Assembly: GCA_037444405.1 (NCBI GenBank)
Contig: JBBIML010000014.1
Location: 45,689 to 109,688, forward strand
Origin: Armatimonadota bacterium
GTDB taxonomy: Bacteria; Armatimonadota; Fimbriimonadia; Fimbriimonadales; GBS-DC
Length of the DNA stretch: 64,000 bases
Direction of reading: 5' to 3'
The notes beneath the pieces were generated by a model. The model was not told the origin of the DNA, ran no database searches, and saw nothing but the letters and a program-made list of their open reading frames with translations. Shown here in pieces: positions 50,747 through 59,903 of this stretch. The translations under genes and the position numbers were made by a program. Every line of letters starts with the position of its first letter. The first letter of the stretch is position 1.

Positions 50747-51420
50747 GTCGGGACGGGGTCAAAATCGCGCCGTCGATTCTGTCCGCCGATTTCGGGCGGA
50801 TGCGCGACGCCGTCGAGGCGCTCACCGCCGCAGGCAGCGACTGGATCCACTTCGATGTGATGGACGGGCACTTCGTGCCGAACCTCACCTTTGGTCCGCC
50901 GATGATTGCGGCGTTGCGTCCCTATTCGCCCCTGCCGTTCGATGTGCATCTGATGGTGGAGCGTCCGTGGGAGCTGCTGTCCATGTATGTGGAGGCGGGA
51001 GCGAACCATATCACGGTGCATGTGGAGGCGTGCCCGCACCTGCATCGCGTGGTTCAGCAGATCCGGGGCTACGGGCTGGCGGCGGGCGTCGCGCTCAACC
51101 CGCATACCCCGCTGGAGATGGTGCTTTCCATCCTGCCAGAGCTGGACATTCTGCTGATTATGACGGTCAATCCGGGTTTTGGCGGGCAGGAGTTCATTGA
51201 GCGGATGTTGCCGAAGGTGGCGCGGGCGGCGGAGGTGATTGAGCGTGAGGCGCCCCATGTCTATCTGGCGGTGGATGGTGGCGTGTCGCCCGCGAACGCG
51301 CGCCCGCTGGTGGAGGCAGGGGCGCGCGTGCTGGTGGCAGGCGCCAGCGTGTTCAATGCGCCCAGCATTCAGGCGGGCGTCGACGCGCTGCGACTCGCCG
51401 CCCTGAGCGAAACAACATGA
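50743..51420 (+). CDS. rpe: Ribulose-phosphate 3-epimerase
   Basis: IAPSILSADF, HFDVMDGHFVPNLTFG, DVHLMV, MTVNPGFGGQ, VDGG. Confidence 0.97.
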   Translation: MSRDGVKIAPSILSADFGRMRDAVEALTAAGSDWIHFDVMDGHFVPNLTFGPPMIAALRPYSPLPFDVHLMVERPWELLSMYVEAGANHITVHVEACPHLHRVVQQIRGYGLAAGVALNPHTPLEMVLSILPELDILLIMTVNPGFGGQEFIERMLPKVARAAEVIEREAPHVYLAVDGGVSPANARPLVEAGARVLVAGASVFNAPSIQAGVDALRLAALSETT

Positions 51421-51782
51421 GAAAACTGTCCTATCGCGCATGGACAACGATTCTGTTCGGCATACTGATCGCGATGATCCCGGTGGCGGTGCTGCTGATG
51501 CGGTCGGTGCCCGCGGAGGGTGAGGAGGCGAAGCGGATGTGGCTGCGCCTCGCAGGCGCCTACCTGCTGATCCTGCTGGGGCTGCTGGTCGCGCTGGCGT
51601 GGGTCGTGCTGCAGGATATTCGCCAGTCGCTGGAGCGGTTCCGCGCCGCGCACCGACGCGCCTTCGAGGAGATGACTGAGCAGATTCGCGAGGACTATCG
51701 CCGCCGCCAGCAGCGCATGGCGAACGGGCGCCCCGAACCGAGACCCGCCGATAAGCAGGAGCCGGGCGACAGATCGAATTGA
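51417..51782 (+). CDS. Hypothetical 2-TM membrane protein
   Basis: Two hydrophobic helices and a charged tail; ATGA overlap with rpe. Confidence 0.7.
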   Translation: MRKLSYRAWTTILFGILIAMIPVAVLLMRSVPAEGEEAKRMWLRLAGAYLLILLGLLVALAWVVLQDIRQSLERFRAAHRRAFEEMTEQIREDYRRRQQRMANGRPEPRPADKQEPGDRSN

Positions 51783-51785
51783 AAA

Positions 51786-52925
51786 ATGGCGCTGAGCGAT
51801 GCTGATTGGGGCTGGATGCGTCGGGCGGTTCAGCTGGCGCGGCGGGGCTACCCCGCGCCAAACCCGCATGTGGGTGCGGTCGTGGTGGCGAGCGGCGAGC
51901 GCGTCGGCGAGGGCTATCACCCCTACGCGGGCGCACCCCACGCCGAAACCTTTGCGCTTCAGCAGGCGGGCGGGCGCGCCCGCAACGCCACACTCTATGT
52001 AACGCTGGAACCGTGCTGTCATCACGGGCGCACGCCGCCCTGCACGCAGGCGATCCTGCAGGCGGGCATTCGGCGCGTGGTGGTCGCCATGCGCGACCCG
52101 AACCCGAAGGTTGCAGGCAGGGGCATTCACGAGCTGCAAACCGCAGGCGTGCAGATAGACCTGCTGGACGAGAACGACCCGCGTGCGCAGCCGCTGCTTG
52201 CCAGGCTGCAGCAGTTGAACCGCGCTTTCCTCCATTTTCACCGCGTGGGGCGACCACTCATCACGCTCAAAGCCGCGCTCAGCCTCGACGGCAAAATCGC
52301 CACCCGCACAGGCGATTCAAAATGGCTCACGGGCGAGCGGGCACGCCGATACGCCCATCGCCTGCGAGCCGAGCATGGCTGCGTGCTGGTGGGGGTCAAC
52401 ACCGTGCTGAAAGATGATCCGCTGCTGACGGCGCGGCTAAAGGGGGTCAGAAACCAGCCCCTGCGTGTGGTGCTGGATTCGCGCCTGCGCACGCCGCGCA
52501 CCGCTCGCCTGCTTCGGACTGCCGATGCGCCCACGCTCCTCTTCTGCACCGAGCCTGAGCCGCCCCACGCCGACGCCTATCGCGAGCTGGGCGTGCAGGT
52601 GGTTGCCTTACCGCCCGATCCAGGCGGGCGCGTGCCCGTGCCCCTCGCGGTGGATTACCTTGCCCGGCAGGGCGTGATCGGCGTTCTGGTGGAAGGTGGT
52701 GGCGAGGTCATCGCCTCGTTCCTCAACGCGGGGCTGGCAGACCGGATCACCTTCTTCTACGCGCCGATTCTGGTGGGTGGACGCAACGCGCCCACCCCGA
52801 TTGAGGGAGACGGCATCGCCCAGATCGCGCACGCCGTGCGTCTTACACGCATCCAGCGCAGGCGACTGGGCGACGACCTGCTCATCGAGGGGGAGCTGTG
52901 CCCCCATCAGAAGCTCAGCCCGTAG
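51786..52925 (+). CDS. ribD: Riboflavin biosynthesis deaminase/reductase
   Basis: PNPHVGAV, HAE, TLEPCCHHGRTPPC, SLDGKIA, DDPLLTAR, VEGGG. Confidence 0.97.
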   Translation: MALSDADWGWMRRAVQLARRGYPAPNPHVGAVVVASGERVGEGYHPYAGAPHAETFALQQAGGRARNATLYVTLEPCCHHGRTPPCTQAILQAGIRRVVVAMRDPNPKVAGRGIHELQTAGVQIDLLDENDPRAQPLLARLQQLNRAFLHFHRVGRPLITLKAALSLDGKIATRTGDSKWLTGERARRYAHRLRAEHGCVLVGVNTVLKDDPLLTARLKGVRNQPLRVVLDSRLRTPRTARLLRTADAPTLLFCTEPEPPHADAYRELGVQVVALPPDPGGRVPVPLAVDYLARQGVIGVLVEGGGEVIASFLNAGLADRITFFYAPILVGGRNAPTPIEGDGIAQIAHAVRLTRIQRRRLGDDLLIEGELCPHQKLSP

Positions 52926-53572
52926 GTCACGCCAAAGTAGATGACCTTCGCCTGCACGCCAAGCTGCATCCGCAGCGATTCGTCATGCACATAGCGCAGG
53001 GCGGCGTTGGTGTCGACGCCGTTGTACTCGGCAATCACACTGAACCGTCGATCCAGGAAGATTTCCCCACCACCGATAATCTTGTCGCGGAACAGCCCCG
53101 TGCCATAGCCTGCATGCAGGCGTAGTCGGACTGCTTGCTCCTCGGTTTCGGAGGGCAACCTGACATTCACGCTGGCAATCCCGTAGGCGGTGTTGTTAAT
53201 CGCGTCGAAGGGGTCAATCGTGCCGAAGCCCAGCTCCAGCCAGTCGAAGTTCTGCGGGATGATGGTGACCTTCGCGGTGGCGATGACCTTGTTATCGGCG
53301 TTGTTGCGGTCAACCACTGCACCGCCGATCTCGATGCTGTTGTAGACGCCCCAGTTGAGCGAGACGGTGCGCACATTGTGCCCGAACGAGGTGCCCAGCT
53401 GGAACCGCTCCACGCGCGTGGTGGCGGAAGTGGGCACGGTGATCAGCCCGGTGGAACCGAAGAGGGTGTTCATCCGAATCGCAGGGTTCTCGCCACGCGG
53501 CTCAATTTGAGCCATAACCATCCCCAGAGAACCCGTCAGAACAATACTCCAGATGCTCCTGCTCAGTCGCAT
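52907..53572 (-). CDS. YjbH-like small outer-membrane beta-barrel protein
   Basis: Signal peptide; NTLFGSTGLITVPTS; alternating strands; IAEYNG; terminal YGLSF; SD GGAGGTG. Confidence 0.75.
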   Translation of the reverse strand: MRLSRSIWSIVLTGSLGMVMAQIEPRGENPAIRMNTLFGSTGLITVPTSATTRVERFQLGTSFGHNVRTVSLNWGVYNSIEIGGAVVDRNNADNKVIATAKVTIIPQNFDWLELGFGTIDPFDAINNTAYGIASVNVRLPSETEEQAVRLRLHAGYGTGLFRDKIIGGGEIFLDRRFSVIAEYNGVDTNAALRYVHDESLRMQLGVQAKVIYFGVTYGLSF

Positions 53573-53618
53573 AGCCACCTCCATGTGTCTGGAAGTATAC
53601 CTGATGGCGGAATCGGTG

Positions 53619-54083
53619 CTACGGGCGCAGCTCACGGCGCAGTTCGCGTTCGATATCGCGCTGGCGGATGGCTTCGCGCTTGTCATATTTGCGTTTGCCG
53701 CGTACCAGCCCGATCTCCAGCTTCGCCTTGCCGTTGCGGAAGTAGAGACGCAGCGGGACAATCGTGTAGCCCTTCTGCTCGGCTTTGCTGCCCAGCCGCT
53801 CGATCTCCCATTTGTGCAGCAGCAGTTTGCGCTTGCGGCGGGGTTCATGATTGAAGCGGGCGGCGGGATCATACGGCGCGATATGCATGTTATGCACCCA
53901 CATCTCGCCGTTCTCCACGCGGCAATAGGCGTCGGTCAGGCTCACCTTGCCTGCCGCGACCGACTTGACCTCCGAGCCAACCAGCACCAGCCCCGCTTCG
54001 AGGGTATCCTCAATATGGTACTCATGGTAGGCTTTGCGGTTGGTGGCGATGAGTTTGATGCCGCCCTCCGATTGCTTCGCCAT
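53619..54083 (-). CDS. smpB: SsrA-binding protein
   Basis: [41 protein letters not shown]. Confidence 0.97.
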   Translation of the reverse strand: MAKQSEGGIKLIATNRKAYHEYHIEDTLEAGLVLVGSEVKSVAAGKVSLTDAYCRVENGEMWVHNMHIAPYDPAARFNHEPRRKRKLLLHKWEIERLGSKAEQKGYTIVPLRLYFRNGKAKLEIGLVRGKRKYDKREAIRQRDIERELRRELRP

Positions 54084-54197
54084 CGAGCCTGATTGTACCT
54101 GATGGCACGCTGAAGCTCCTCTCTCTCCAGAGCACGGGCGGTATATAAACACCCCTCATCATCGGGTACAATCAGGGGCGACGGAGGAAACAGGCGT

Positions 54198-54335
54198 ATG
54201 AAGCGAACTTATCAACCGAACAATCGGCATCGGCACATGGTGCATGGCTTTCGGCGGCGGATGCGCAGTAAGGACGGGCGGAATGTGCTGAAGCGTCGGC
54301 GGCTCAAAGGGCGCTGGCGACTGACCGTCGACTGA
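54198..54335 (+). CDS. rpmH: 50S ribosomal protein L34 (absent from the ORF track)
   Basis: Manual translation [58 protein letters not shown] at 54167. Confidence 0.97.
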   Translation: MKRTYQPNNRHRHMVHGFRRRMRSKDGRNVLKRRRLKGRWRLTVD

Positions 54336-54697
54336 TGCTGCCCCGCGCCGCGCGTCTGCGCAAGCGTCACGAGTTCGAACGCGCCTACCAGCAAGGGAGA
54401 CGGGTACGGATGGCAACCTTTACATTGTATGCCTGCCCCCGCGCGGATAATCAGCCGACCCGAATCGGGATTGTGGTCGGGCGGCGGCTGGGTACACATG
54501 TGCGGCGTAATCGGGCGAAGCGCCGCCTGCGCGCCGCCTGCCGCGCGCAGCTGCCCCAGCTGCGGGCGGGCTATAACCTGGTGCTGGTCGCCCACGAGCC
54601 GGTGCTGACAGCGCCCTTCGAGCAGATTGAACGCGAGCTGACCGACGCGCTGCGGCAGACGGGCGTGTTGAATCTGGAGGAAGGGGGTCGCTCATGA
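54335..54697 (+). CDS. rnpA: Ribonuclease P protein component
   Basis: [25 protein letters not shown]; synteny with rpmH. Confidence 0.95.
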   Translation: MLPRAARLRKRHEFERAYQQGRRVRMATFTLYACPRADNQPTRIGIVVGRRLGTHVRRNRAKRRLRAACRAQLPQLRAGYNLVLVAHEPVLTAPFEQIERELTDALRQTGVLNLEEGGRS

Positions 54698-54981
54698 GCC
54701 AGCCATACTCGCCCAGCGTTCTGGCACGCCTGCTGATGGGCGCGATTCGGCTCTATCAGCGTGGCTCGCGCTTCAAGCCGCCCGTCTGCCGCTTCTACCC
54801 CAGCTGCTCGCAATACGCCTACGAAGCCATCCAGCGGCACGGCGCTCTGCGCGGGCTGTGGCTCGGTCTCAGGCGCATCCTGCGCTGCCACCCGCTGCAC
54901 CCCGGCGGCTACGACCCCGTGCCTGAACCCAATATCCTAAAAGCAAGGAGCGAATCACGCGATGGCACAGGAACCCATTGA
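54694..54981 (+). CDS. yidD: Membrane protein insertion efficiency factor
   Basis: [15 protein letters not shown]...[15 protein letters not shown]. Confidence 0.96.
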   Translation: MSQPYSPSVLARLLMGAIRLYQRGSRFKPPVCRFYPSCSQYAYEAIQRHGALRGLWLGLRRILRCHPLHPGGYDPVPEPNILKARSESRDGTGTH

Positions 54982-56128
54982 TCAGAAAAAGCTGTTTCTG
55001 CAAACTCTTGTGATTGCGACGATGATCTGGCTGCTGATTATTATCGGCTGGAGCATGCTGCATCGTCCGCCCGTCAGCAACAAGCCACCCGGACAGATCA
55101 TCGCCGAGATTCAGAAGCTGCGAGCCGACAAAGATTATGTGGAGGCGATTCGTCGCTGCCAGGAGCTGACCCAGCGGTTCAGCGGCACCGAATACGCCGC
55201 GCTGGGACTGCTGCTGGAAGCCCGAATCTATCACGACGACCAGAAAAACGCCCGTGAAGCCTTCAATGTGCTGCGCCGACTGGAGGAGTTTTATGCCCAC
55301 ACGCAGGTCTATCGCACGCAGGGACGCGACCTGCAACGCAAAATAGAGACCGAAATAGATCAGCACAATCGGCAGTTTACCTCGTATAAAATTATCGACG
55401 CGCTGGTGCGGCTGTTCGGGCGCTCCGACGCGAGCTATGTGCTGGCAATCCTGACGATTGCGGTGCTGGTGCGACTGCTGTTGCTGCCACTCTCGAACAG
55501 GCAGTTCGCCAGCATGCGGGTGATGACTCAACTCGCGCCCAAACTGCAGGAGCTGCAGGAGAAGTACGCGGGTGAGGAGCTGATGCGCCGCCAGATGGCG
55601 CTGTACAAAGAGTACGGCGTGAACCCGATGGCGGGCTGCTTCTATGCGCTGCTGCCGATGCCGTTCCTCATCTGGGTGTACAACATGATTCTGCTCTATC
55701 AGGTGCAGTTCAAGCAGGGGCACTTCCTGTGGATTAACCCGGAGCTGGGCACGCGCTTTCCGGGGCTGGTCGGCTCCCATCTGGCGCAGTTCGACATGCC
55801 CCTGATGCTCCTCTATGCGATCAGCATGTATCTCACCAGCCGTCTGACCATCACGGATCCGTCGCAGGCGCAGATGCAGAAGACGATGGCGCTGATGACC
55901 ACCTTCATGCTGGTTGTCGTTACCTGGCAGTTCCGCTTCCCCGCAGCGTTTATTCTGTACTGGATGCTGACCAATATTCTGTACACACTGCACTACAAGC
56001 TGTACATGAGCCGTCCTGCGCCTGTGCTGGAGCCGGCGGGTTCGGCAGGCAATGCTGCCAGCACCGCCCTGCAGGACGGTCGTAAGCCCCGCTATCAGCC
56101 GCCCAGAAAGCGATCGAAACGCCGTTGA
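54962..56128 (+). CDS. yidC: Membrane protein insertase YidC with TPR-like periplasmic domain
   Basis: [38 protein letters not shown]; synteny. Confidence 0.92.
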   Translation: MAQEPIDQKKLFLQTLVIATMIWLLIIIGWSMLHRPPVSNKPPGQIIAEIQKLRADKDYVEAIRRCQELTQRFSGTEYAALGLLLEARIYHDDQKNAREAFNVLRRLEEFYAHTQVYRTQGRDLQRKIETEIDQHNRQFTSYKIIDALVRLFGRSDASYVLAILTIAVLVRLLLLPLSNRQFASMRVMTQLAPKLQELQEKYAGEELMRRQMALYKEYGVNPMAGCFYALLPMPFLIWVYNMILLYQVQFKQGHFLWINPELGTRFPGLVGSHLAQFDMPLMLLYAISMYLTSRLTITDPSQAQMQKTMALMTTFMLVVVTWQFRFPAAFILYWMLTNILYTLHYKLYMSRPAPVLEPAGSAGNAASTALQDGRKPRYQPPRKRSKRR

Positions 56129-56146
56129 GAAGGAGGGAGCCATTCC

Positions 56147-56818
56147 ATGACATCGATAGAAGCAACGGGCAACACGGTGGAAGAAGCCAAGCGCAAGGCG
56201 CTGGAACAGTTAGGTGTGCAGGACGAGAGCCGCGTGCAGTTCGAAGTGCTGGACGAGGGCAAGCGCAGCCTGCTCGGCATTCTGGTTAGCCCCGCGCGCG
56301 TGCGGGCAACGCTGCTGGAACCCGCTGTCAGCCCGGCAGAGGCAGAAACCCTCTCGCCTGAAGTGGCGCGTCAGGTTGCCGACTCGGTGGATCAGCTGCT
56401 GCGTCGGCTGCGCCTGAATGTGCAGGCGGTGCTGCGTGGCACGCACGGACGCTATGTCGAAATCGAAATGGTTGGGCGCGATGTGCCCATCCTGGTGGGC
56501 AAAAACGGCGAGGTCATCAATCAGCTCCAGTTCCTGTTGAATCTGATAGTTCCGCGAACGACGGGGCTGGACGCGCGCATTGTGCTGGATGGGGCAGGCT
56601 GGCGTCGGCGGCGCACCGAGCGCCTGCGCAATCAGGTGATAGCGATTGCCAGCGAGGTCAAGAAACGGCGCGAGGAAGCCGTTCTACCGCCCATGCCGCC
56701 CCACGAGCGGCGCATCGTGCATCAGACCCTCAAGGACGACCCCGAAGTCTACACTTACAGCGAGGGCGAGGAACCCAACCGCTATGTGGTCATCTCGCCA
56801 CGCGAGCCAGGAGGGTAG
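56147..56818 (+). CDS. jag: RNA-binding protein Jag/EloR/KhpB (Jag_N-KH-R3H)
   Basis: IEATGNTVEEA, LVGKNGEVINQLQ, PMPPHERRIVH, TYSEGEEPNRYV. Confidence 0.94.
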   Translation: MTSIEATGNTVEEAKRKALEQLGVQDESRVQFEVLDEGKRSLLGILVSPARVRATLLEPAVSPAEAETLSPEVARQVADSVDQLLRRLRLNVQAVLRGTHGRYVEIEMVGRDVPILVGKNGEVINQLQFLLNLIVPRTTGLDARIVLDGAGWRRRRTERLRNQVIAIASEVKKRREEAVLPPMPPHERRIVHQTLKDDPEVYTYSEGEEPNRYVVISPREPGG

Positions 56819-56825
56819 GCACCGC

Positions 56826-56855
56826 TTGCATTTCGCCCGCCGATTGGGGTATCAT
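56826..56855 (+). promoter_or_regulatory. Sigma70-type promoter of the tRNA pair
   Basis: TTGCAT-N18-TATCAT, 9 nt before tRNA-Pro. Confidence 0.65.
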
Positions 56856-56864
56856 GAGGGGCGT

Positions 56865-56942
56865 CGGGGCGTGGCGCAGTATGGTTAGCGCGCTACCATG
56901 GGGTGGTAGAGGTCCCCGGTTCGAGTCCGGGCGCCCCGACCA
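56865..56942 (+). tRNA. tRNA-Pro(GGG)
   Basis: Acceptor CGGGGCG/CGCCCCG; anticodon arm CTACC-ATGGGGT-GGTAG; GTTCGAGTCC; encoded CCA. Confidence 0.95.
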
Positions 56943-56952
56943 TTTCACTCTT

Positions 56953-57029
56953 GCGCCCGTAGCTCAGCGGACCAGAGCACCAGACTTCGGATCTGGGGGT
57001 CGGGGGTTCGAATCCCTCCGGGCGCGCCA
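56953..57029 (+). tRNA. tRNA-Arg(TCG)
   Basis: Acceptor GCGCCCG/CGGGCGC; anticodon arm CCAGA-CTTCGGA-TCTGG; GTTCGAATCC; encoded CCA. Confidence 0.95.
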
Positions 57030-57147
57030 GCCCCCCTCATCGCTACATCCCAAATGAAATTTAGATGAAACAGCGCGTCATGATGGAACCCCAGCGCGAT
57101 TGATTCGTTCATCACGGTACCATCCTTTCAGAAGGGAGGTTCAAGCG

Positions 57148-57645
57148 ATGAGACGAGTGCTGAGTGTTGTGCTGAGTGTGCTCGCGCTGGGTGTGTGGAG
57201 CGCTGGAGCGCAAATCTGGACCTTCAATACGCCGCTGTCGGGAAGCGAGGAAGTGCCGCCAACCGATAGCCCCGCAACAGGCACCGCGACGGGCACCTAC
57301 GACCAGCAGACGAATGTGCTGCGCATCATAGTGAGCGCCTCTGGCTTCGAGAGCGACCTGCTGTTCGGGCATATCCATCGCGGGGCGGCTGGACAGACGG
57401 GGCCCGTGGTTTCCCCTCTGACCAACACCAGTGGCGACCCGCGTGTCTGGTCATCTGACAACACCTTCACGCTCACCGAAGCGCAGGAGGCGGACTTTCT
57501 GGGCGGGCTGTATTATGTGAACCTGCACACACAGCGGTTCGCCAGCGGCGCCATTCGCGGGCAAATCTTTCCTGTGCCTGAACCCGCTTCGTTACTCGCG
57601 CTGGGTACGGGGCTGGCGCTGTGCCTGCGCTGCCGACGCCGTTAG
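57148..57645 (+). CDS. CHRD-domain PEP-CTERM protein
   Basis: Signal peptide; LSGSEEVPP..SPATG, GHIHRG, YYVNLHT..F.SGAIRGQ; VPEPASLLALGTGLALCLRCRRR. Confidence 0.92.
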   Translation: MRRVLSVVLSVLALGVWSAGAQIWTFNTPLSGSEEVPPTDSPATGTATGTYDQQTNVLRIIVSASGFESDLLFGHIHRGAAGQTGPVVSPLTNTSGDPRVWSSDNTFTLTEAQEADFLGGLYYVNLHTQRFASGAIRGQIFPVPEPASLLALGTGLALCLRCRRR

Positions 57646-58532
57646 AAATCGACAGGGCGCAGGTAATACTCTCCGATAGCGGTGGTGGACAGCATCGCGG
57701 TGGTGGGCAGATGCCGCTTCCAGTGGGTGCTGTCCACCTTGTTTTTGACGAGCATCACTTCCTCGCGTGGGAAGCCCATCTGCACCAGCCGCTCTGGCGA
57801 GTAGCCCTGCGTGAGAAAGTACAGAATGCGATCCGCCTTGCGGTAAGAGATGCCGAAGTCGCCCTCGTCGGTCTGACCCACAATCAGATCGGCGGAGGCG
57901 GGCTTCTCCACAATCACTTCGGGCACGCCCATATAACGCGCCAGCTGCCACACCTGCGTTTTGAACAGGTCGCCCAGCGGGTTCACAGGAGGCGAATCGT
58001 CGGCATGCCAGGTGAAGTAGCCGAAGAGACGCTCGCTCTTGTTGCCCGTGCCAATCGGCAGCGCGTTCAGTTTGGCGGACTGGTCGAACAGCACAATCAT
58101 ACGCATGCGGGCGCAGATGTTGCCGATGCGGGCGGGCGTCGCGTCGGGTTCATAACGCTCGATGTAGGGGTCCACCATCGGCGTGATATCGATCACGCGC
58201 GAATGGATGCCCAGCATATCCACCACCAGCTGCGCATGCTCCAGGCTCTGCGGGCTGCTGATTTTGTAGGGCATCATGAACGCCCACACATTCTCGGCGC
58301 CGAACGCGCGGGCGCATAAAAACGCCACCAGCGACGAGTCGACGCCGCCCGACAGCCCCAGCAGCACGCGCTCGAAGCCGCGCCGCCGACGAACCTCATC
58401 GCGCAGGAACTCGATCAGCCACTCCGCCACCAGCGGCGCGTTAATGCGCAGTGGGTCGTCCGAAGTGGGATCGAACGCCGGCGCATACAGCACAGGGAAC
58501 CCCTGCCCTGCCTCGCTCTTCGCTGCCACCAT
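57642..58532 (-). CDS. nadE: NH3-dependent NAD+ synthetase
   Basis: GLSGGVDSS, GNICARMRM, GTGNKSE, NPLGDLFKTQV, KPASADL..GQTDE; no glutaminase domain. Confidence 0.94.
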   Translation of the reverse strand: MVAAKSEAGQGFPVLYAPAFDPTSDDPLRINAPLVAEWLIEFLRDEVRRRRGFERVLLGLSGGVDSSLVAFLCARAFGAENVWAFMMPYKISSPQSLEHAQLVVDMLGIHSRVIDITPMVDPYIERYEPDATPARIGNICARMRMIVLFDQSAKLNALPIGTGNKSERLFGYFTWHADDSPPVNPLGDLFKTQVWQLARYMGVPEVIVEKPASADLIVGQTDEGDFGISYRKADRILYFLTQGYSPERLVQMGFPREEVMLVKNKVDSTHWKRHLPTTAMLSTTAIGEYYLRPVDF

Positions 58533-58546
58533 CGCGCGTTTCACCA

Positions 58547-59779
58547 CTATTGATGAGTGTACCTCAGCGGCGCGCGGCGCTCGTCTTCGGAAACCGCCCG
58601 AAAGCCCGCCTGCTTCAGCCCCTTCTGAATGGGTGGCATCCGCGCCGTCAGCTCCCAGATGAAGCCGCTCGCATGGTTCTCCAGCGCCAGCAGCATCATG
58701 CCCAGATCGATGCCGACCACCTCGCGATCCCACCAGTCGCGCTCCAGATTAAAGGCGTTGCCGAAGCCGTAGCGTCCCCACAGTTTGGGGTGATAGCGGT
58801 TATAGATGGCTTTGAGCGCCCCCAGGCTCTCGTCTGGCGTGAAGATGACGGAGGTGATGGGCGCGGTGGGCGCGACGGTGCCGTCATGCTCGATATCGCC
58901 AGGCGCGCCGTAGCCCCTGTAGCCGTCGGGTCCATCGGACGCCGTCAGCCCCCACACATCCTCGCTGTAGGTTTTGTAGCGGCACGCCATGTCGATGCAG
59001 AAGGCGCGTTGCGCCAGCGTCGCGTTGCGTGAGGCAATCCAGTAGTTATAGCCCAGCCTGTCGCGCTTGCCCCGAAAGTCGATGAACACATGGCTCATCT
59101 GGTGCAGGAAGAGCGGTCCGCCGAACAGGATCGGATAGTTCTGATAGCGCAGGAGGGGGCGATACCATGCGTCCCAGCATTCAGATGGGATGGGGTGCGT
59201 GGGCGAGCCGAGCGCGAGCAGATACAGGAACATCATCTCGGCGTAGTGGTCCCAGCGGTTGGGCAGGAAGCCCGTTTCGGGTTTCCAGCCCATCGCGAGC
59301 GTCTTTTCGGCGGGGCGCGCGCCGCCATCGGTCAGCATCCAGGTGAAGTCGACACGCTCGTAGAGGCTCTGCGCCTGTTTGCGGAGGACAGGTGTGTCCA
59401 GCCCCTCGGCGGCAATCAGCGCGCCCATTATGAGCAGTCCCGTGTCGATGGAGGAGACCTCGCAGTTCCAGTGGCGTTCGCCCGTTGCCCAGTGGATGAA
59501 GTGATAGAGCCAGCCGCGCTGGTGGGGCAGCTGCAGGTGCGATTCGAGCATCTGCTCGGCGCGTTTGACCGCCTGACCCTTCTCCAGCCAGCCGCGTCGG
59601 ACAGCAATCGGCAAGGCGGCGAGCGCGAAGCCACTGGCAGCGACGCTCGACACCACGAACTCGTCGCGCTCATGATTATTTGCACGGTCTTTGACAAACC
59701 CTGTGTCGGGATGCGCCTCGCGCCAGAAATAGTCAAACGCCCGCCGCGCTAACTGCTCCAGCAAAACTTTCGTATCCAT
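58547..59779 (-). CDS. Glycoamylase-domain (GH144-like, putative beta-1,2-glucanase) protein
   Basis: AFDYFW...TGFVKDR, SSVAASGFALA, GWLYHF, EVSSIDT, GPLFLHQ.SH, WGLTASD, WGRYGF, GIDLG...EN. Confidence 0.85.
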   Translation of the reverse strand: MDTKVLLEQLARRAFDYFWREAHPDTGFVKDRANNHERDEFVVSSVAASGFALAALPIAVRRGWLEKGQAVKRAEQMLESHLQLPHQRGWLYHFIHWATGERHWNCEVSSIDTGLLIMGALIAAEGLDTPVLRKQAQSLYERVDFTWMLTDGGARPAEKTLAMGWKPETGFLPNRWDHYAEMMFLYLLALGSPTHPIPSECWDAWYRPLLRYQNYPILFGGPLFLHQMSHVFIDFRGKRDRLGYNYWIASRNATLAQRAFCIDMACRYKTYSEDVWGLTASDGPDGYRGYGAPGDIEHDGTVAPTAPITSVIFTPDESLGALKAIYNRYHPKLWGRYGFGNAFNLERDWWDREVVGIDLGMMLLALENHASGFIWELTARMPPIQKGLKQAGFRAVSEDERRAPLRYTHQ

Positions 59780-59829
59780 CAGTGCGATTATAACCCATCT
59801 TGCGGACGAAAACCAGAAAAACAGTGATA

Positions 59830-59860
59830 ATCTCACCCCTCCAGTGAGGAGGGGTGAGAT
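59830..59860 (-). terminator. Probable terminator hairpin
   Basis: 13-bp stem atctcacccctcc/ggaggggtgagat, with a T-run shortly downstream on the minus strand. Confidence 0.65.
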
Positions 59861-59903
59861 GGGAAAGGCCCCCCATGATCGCCAGCTGGTTCCTTACCGA
59901 CCT

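Noticed and set aside
52907..53872. ORF-track N-terminal extensions of the yjbH-like gene, and likewise of nadE, folD, smpB, lon, rel and glnB
   Set aside because: The extensions overlap neighbouring genes or promoters; downstream ATGs have an SD or -10 box and match family starts.
54084..54197. Possible tmRNA or oriC next to smpB
   Set aside because: The spacer is only 114 nt, with no tmRNA termini or DnaA boxes.
56865..57650. tRNA pair as an integration site for an island
   Set aside because: No integrase and no duplicated tRNA 3' end were seen in the window.
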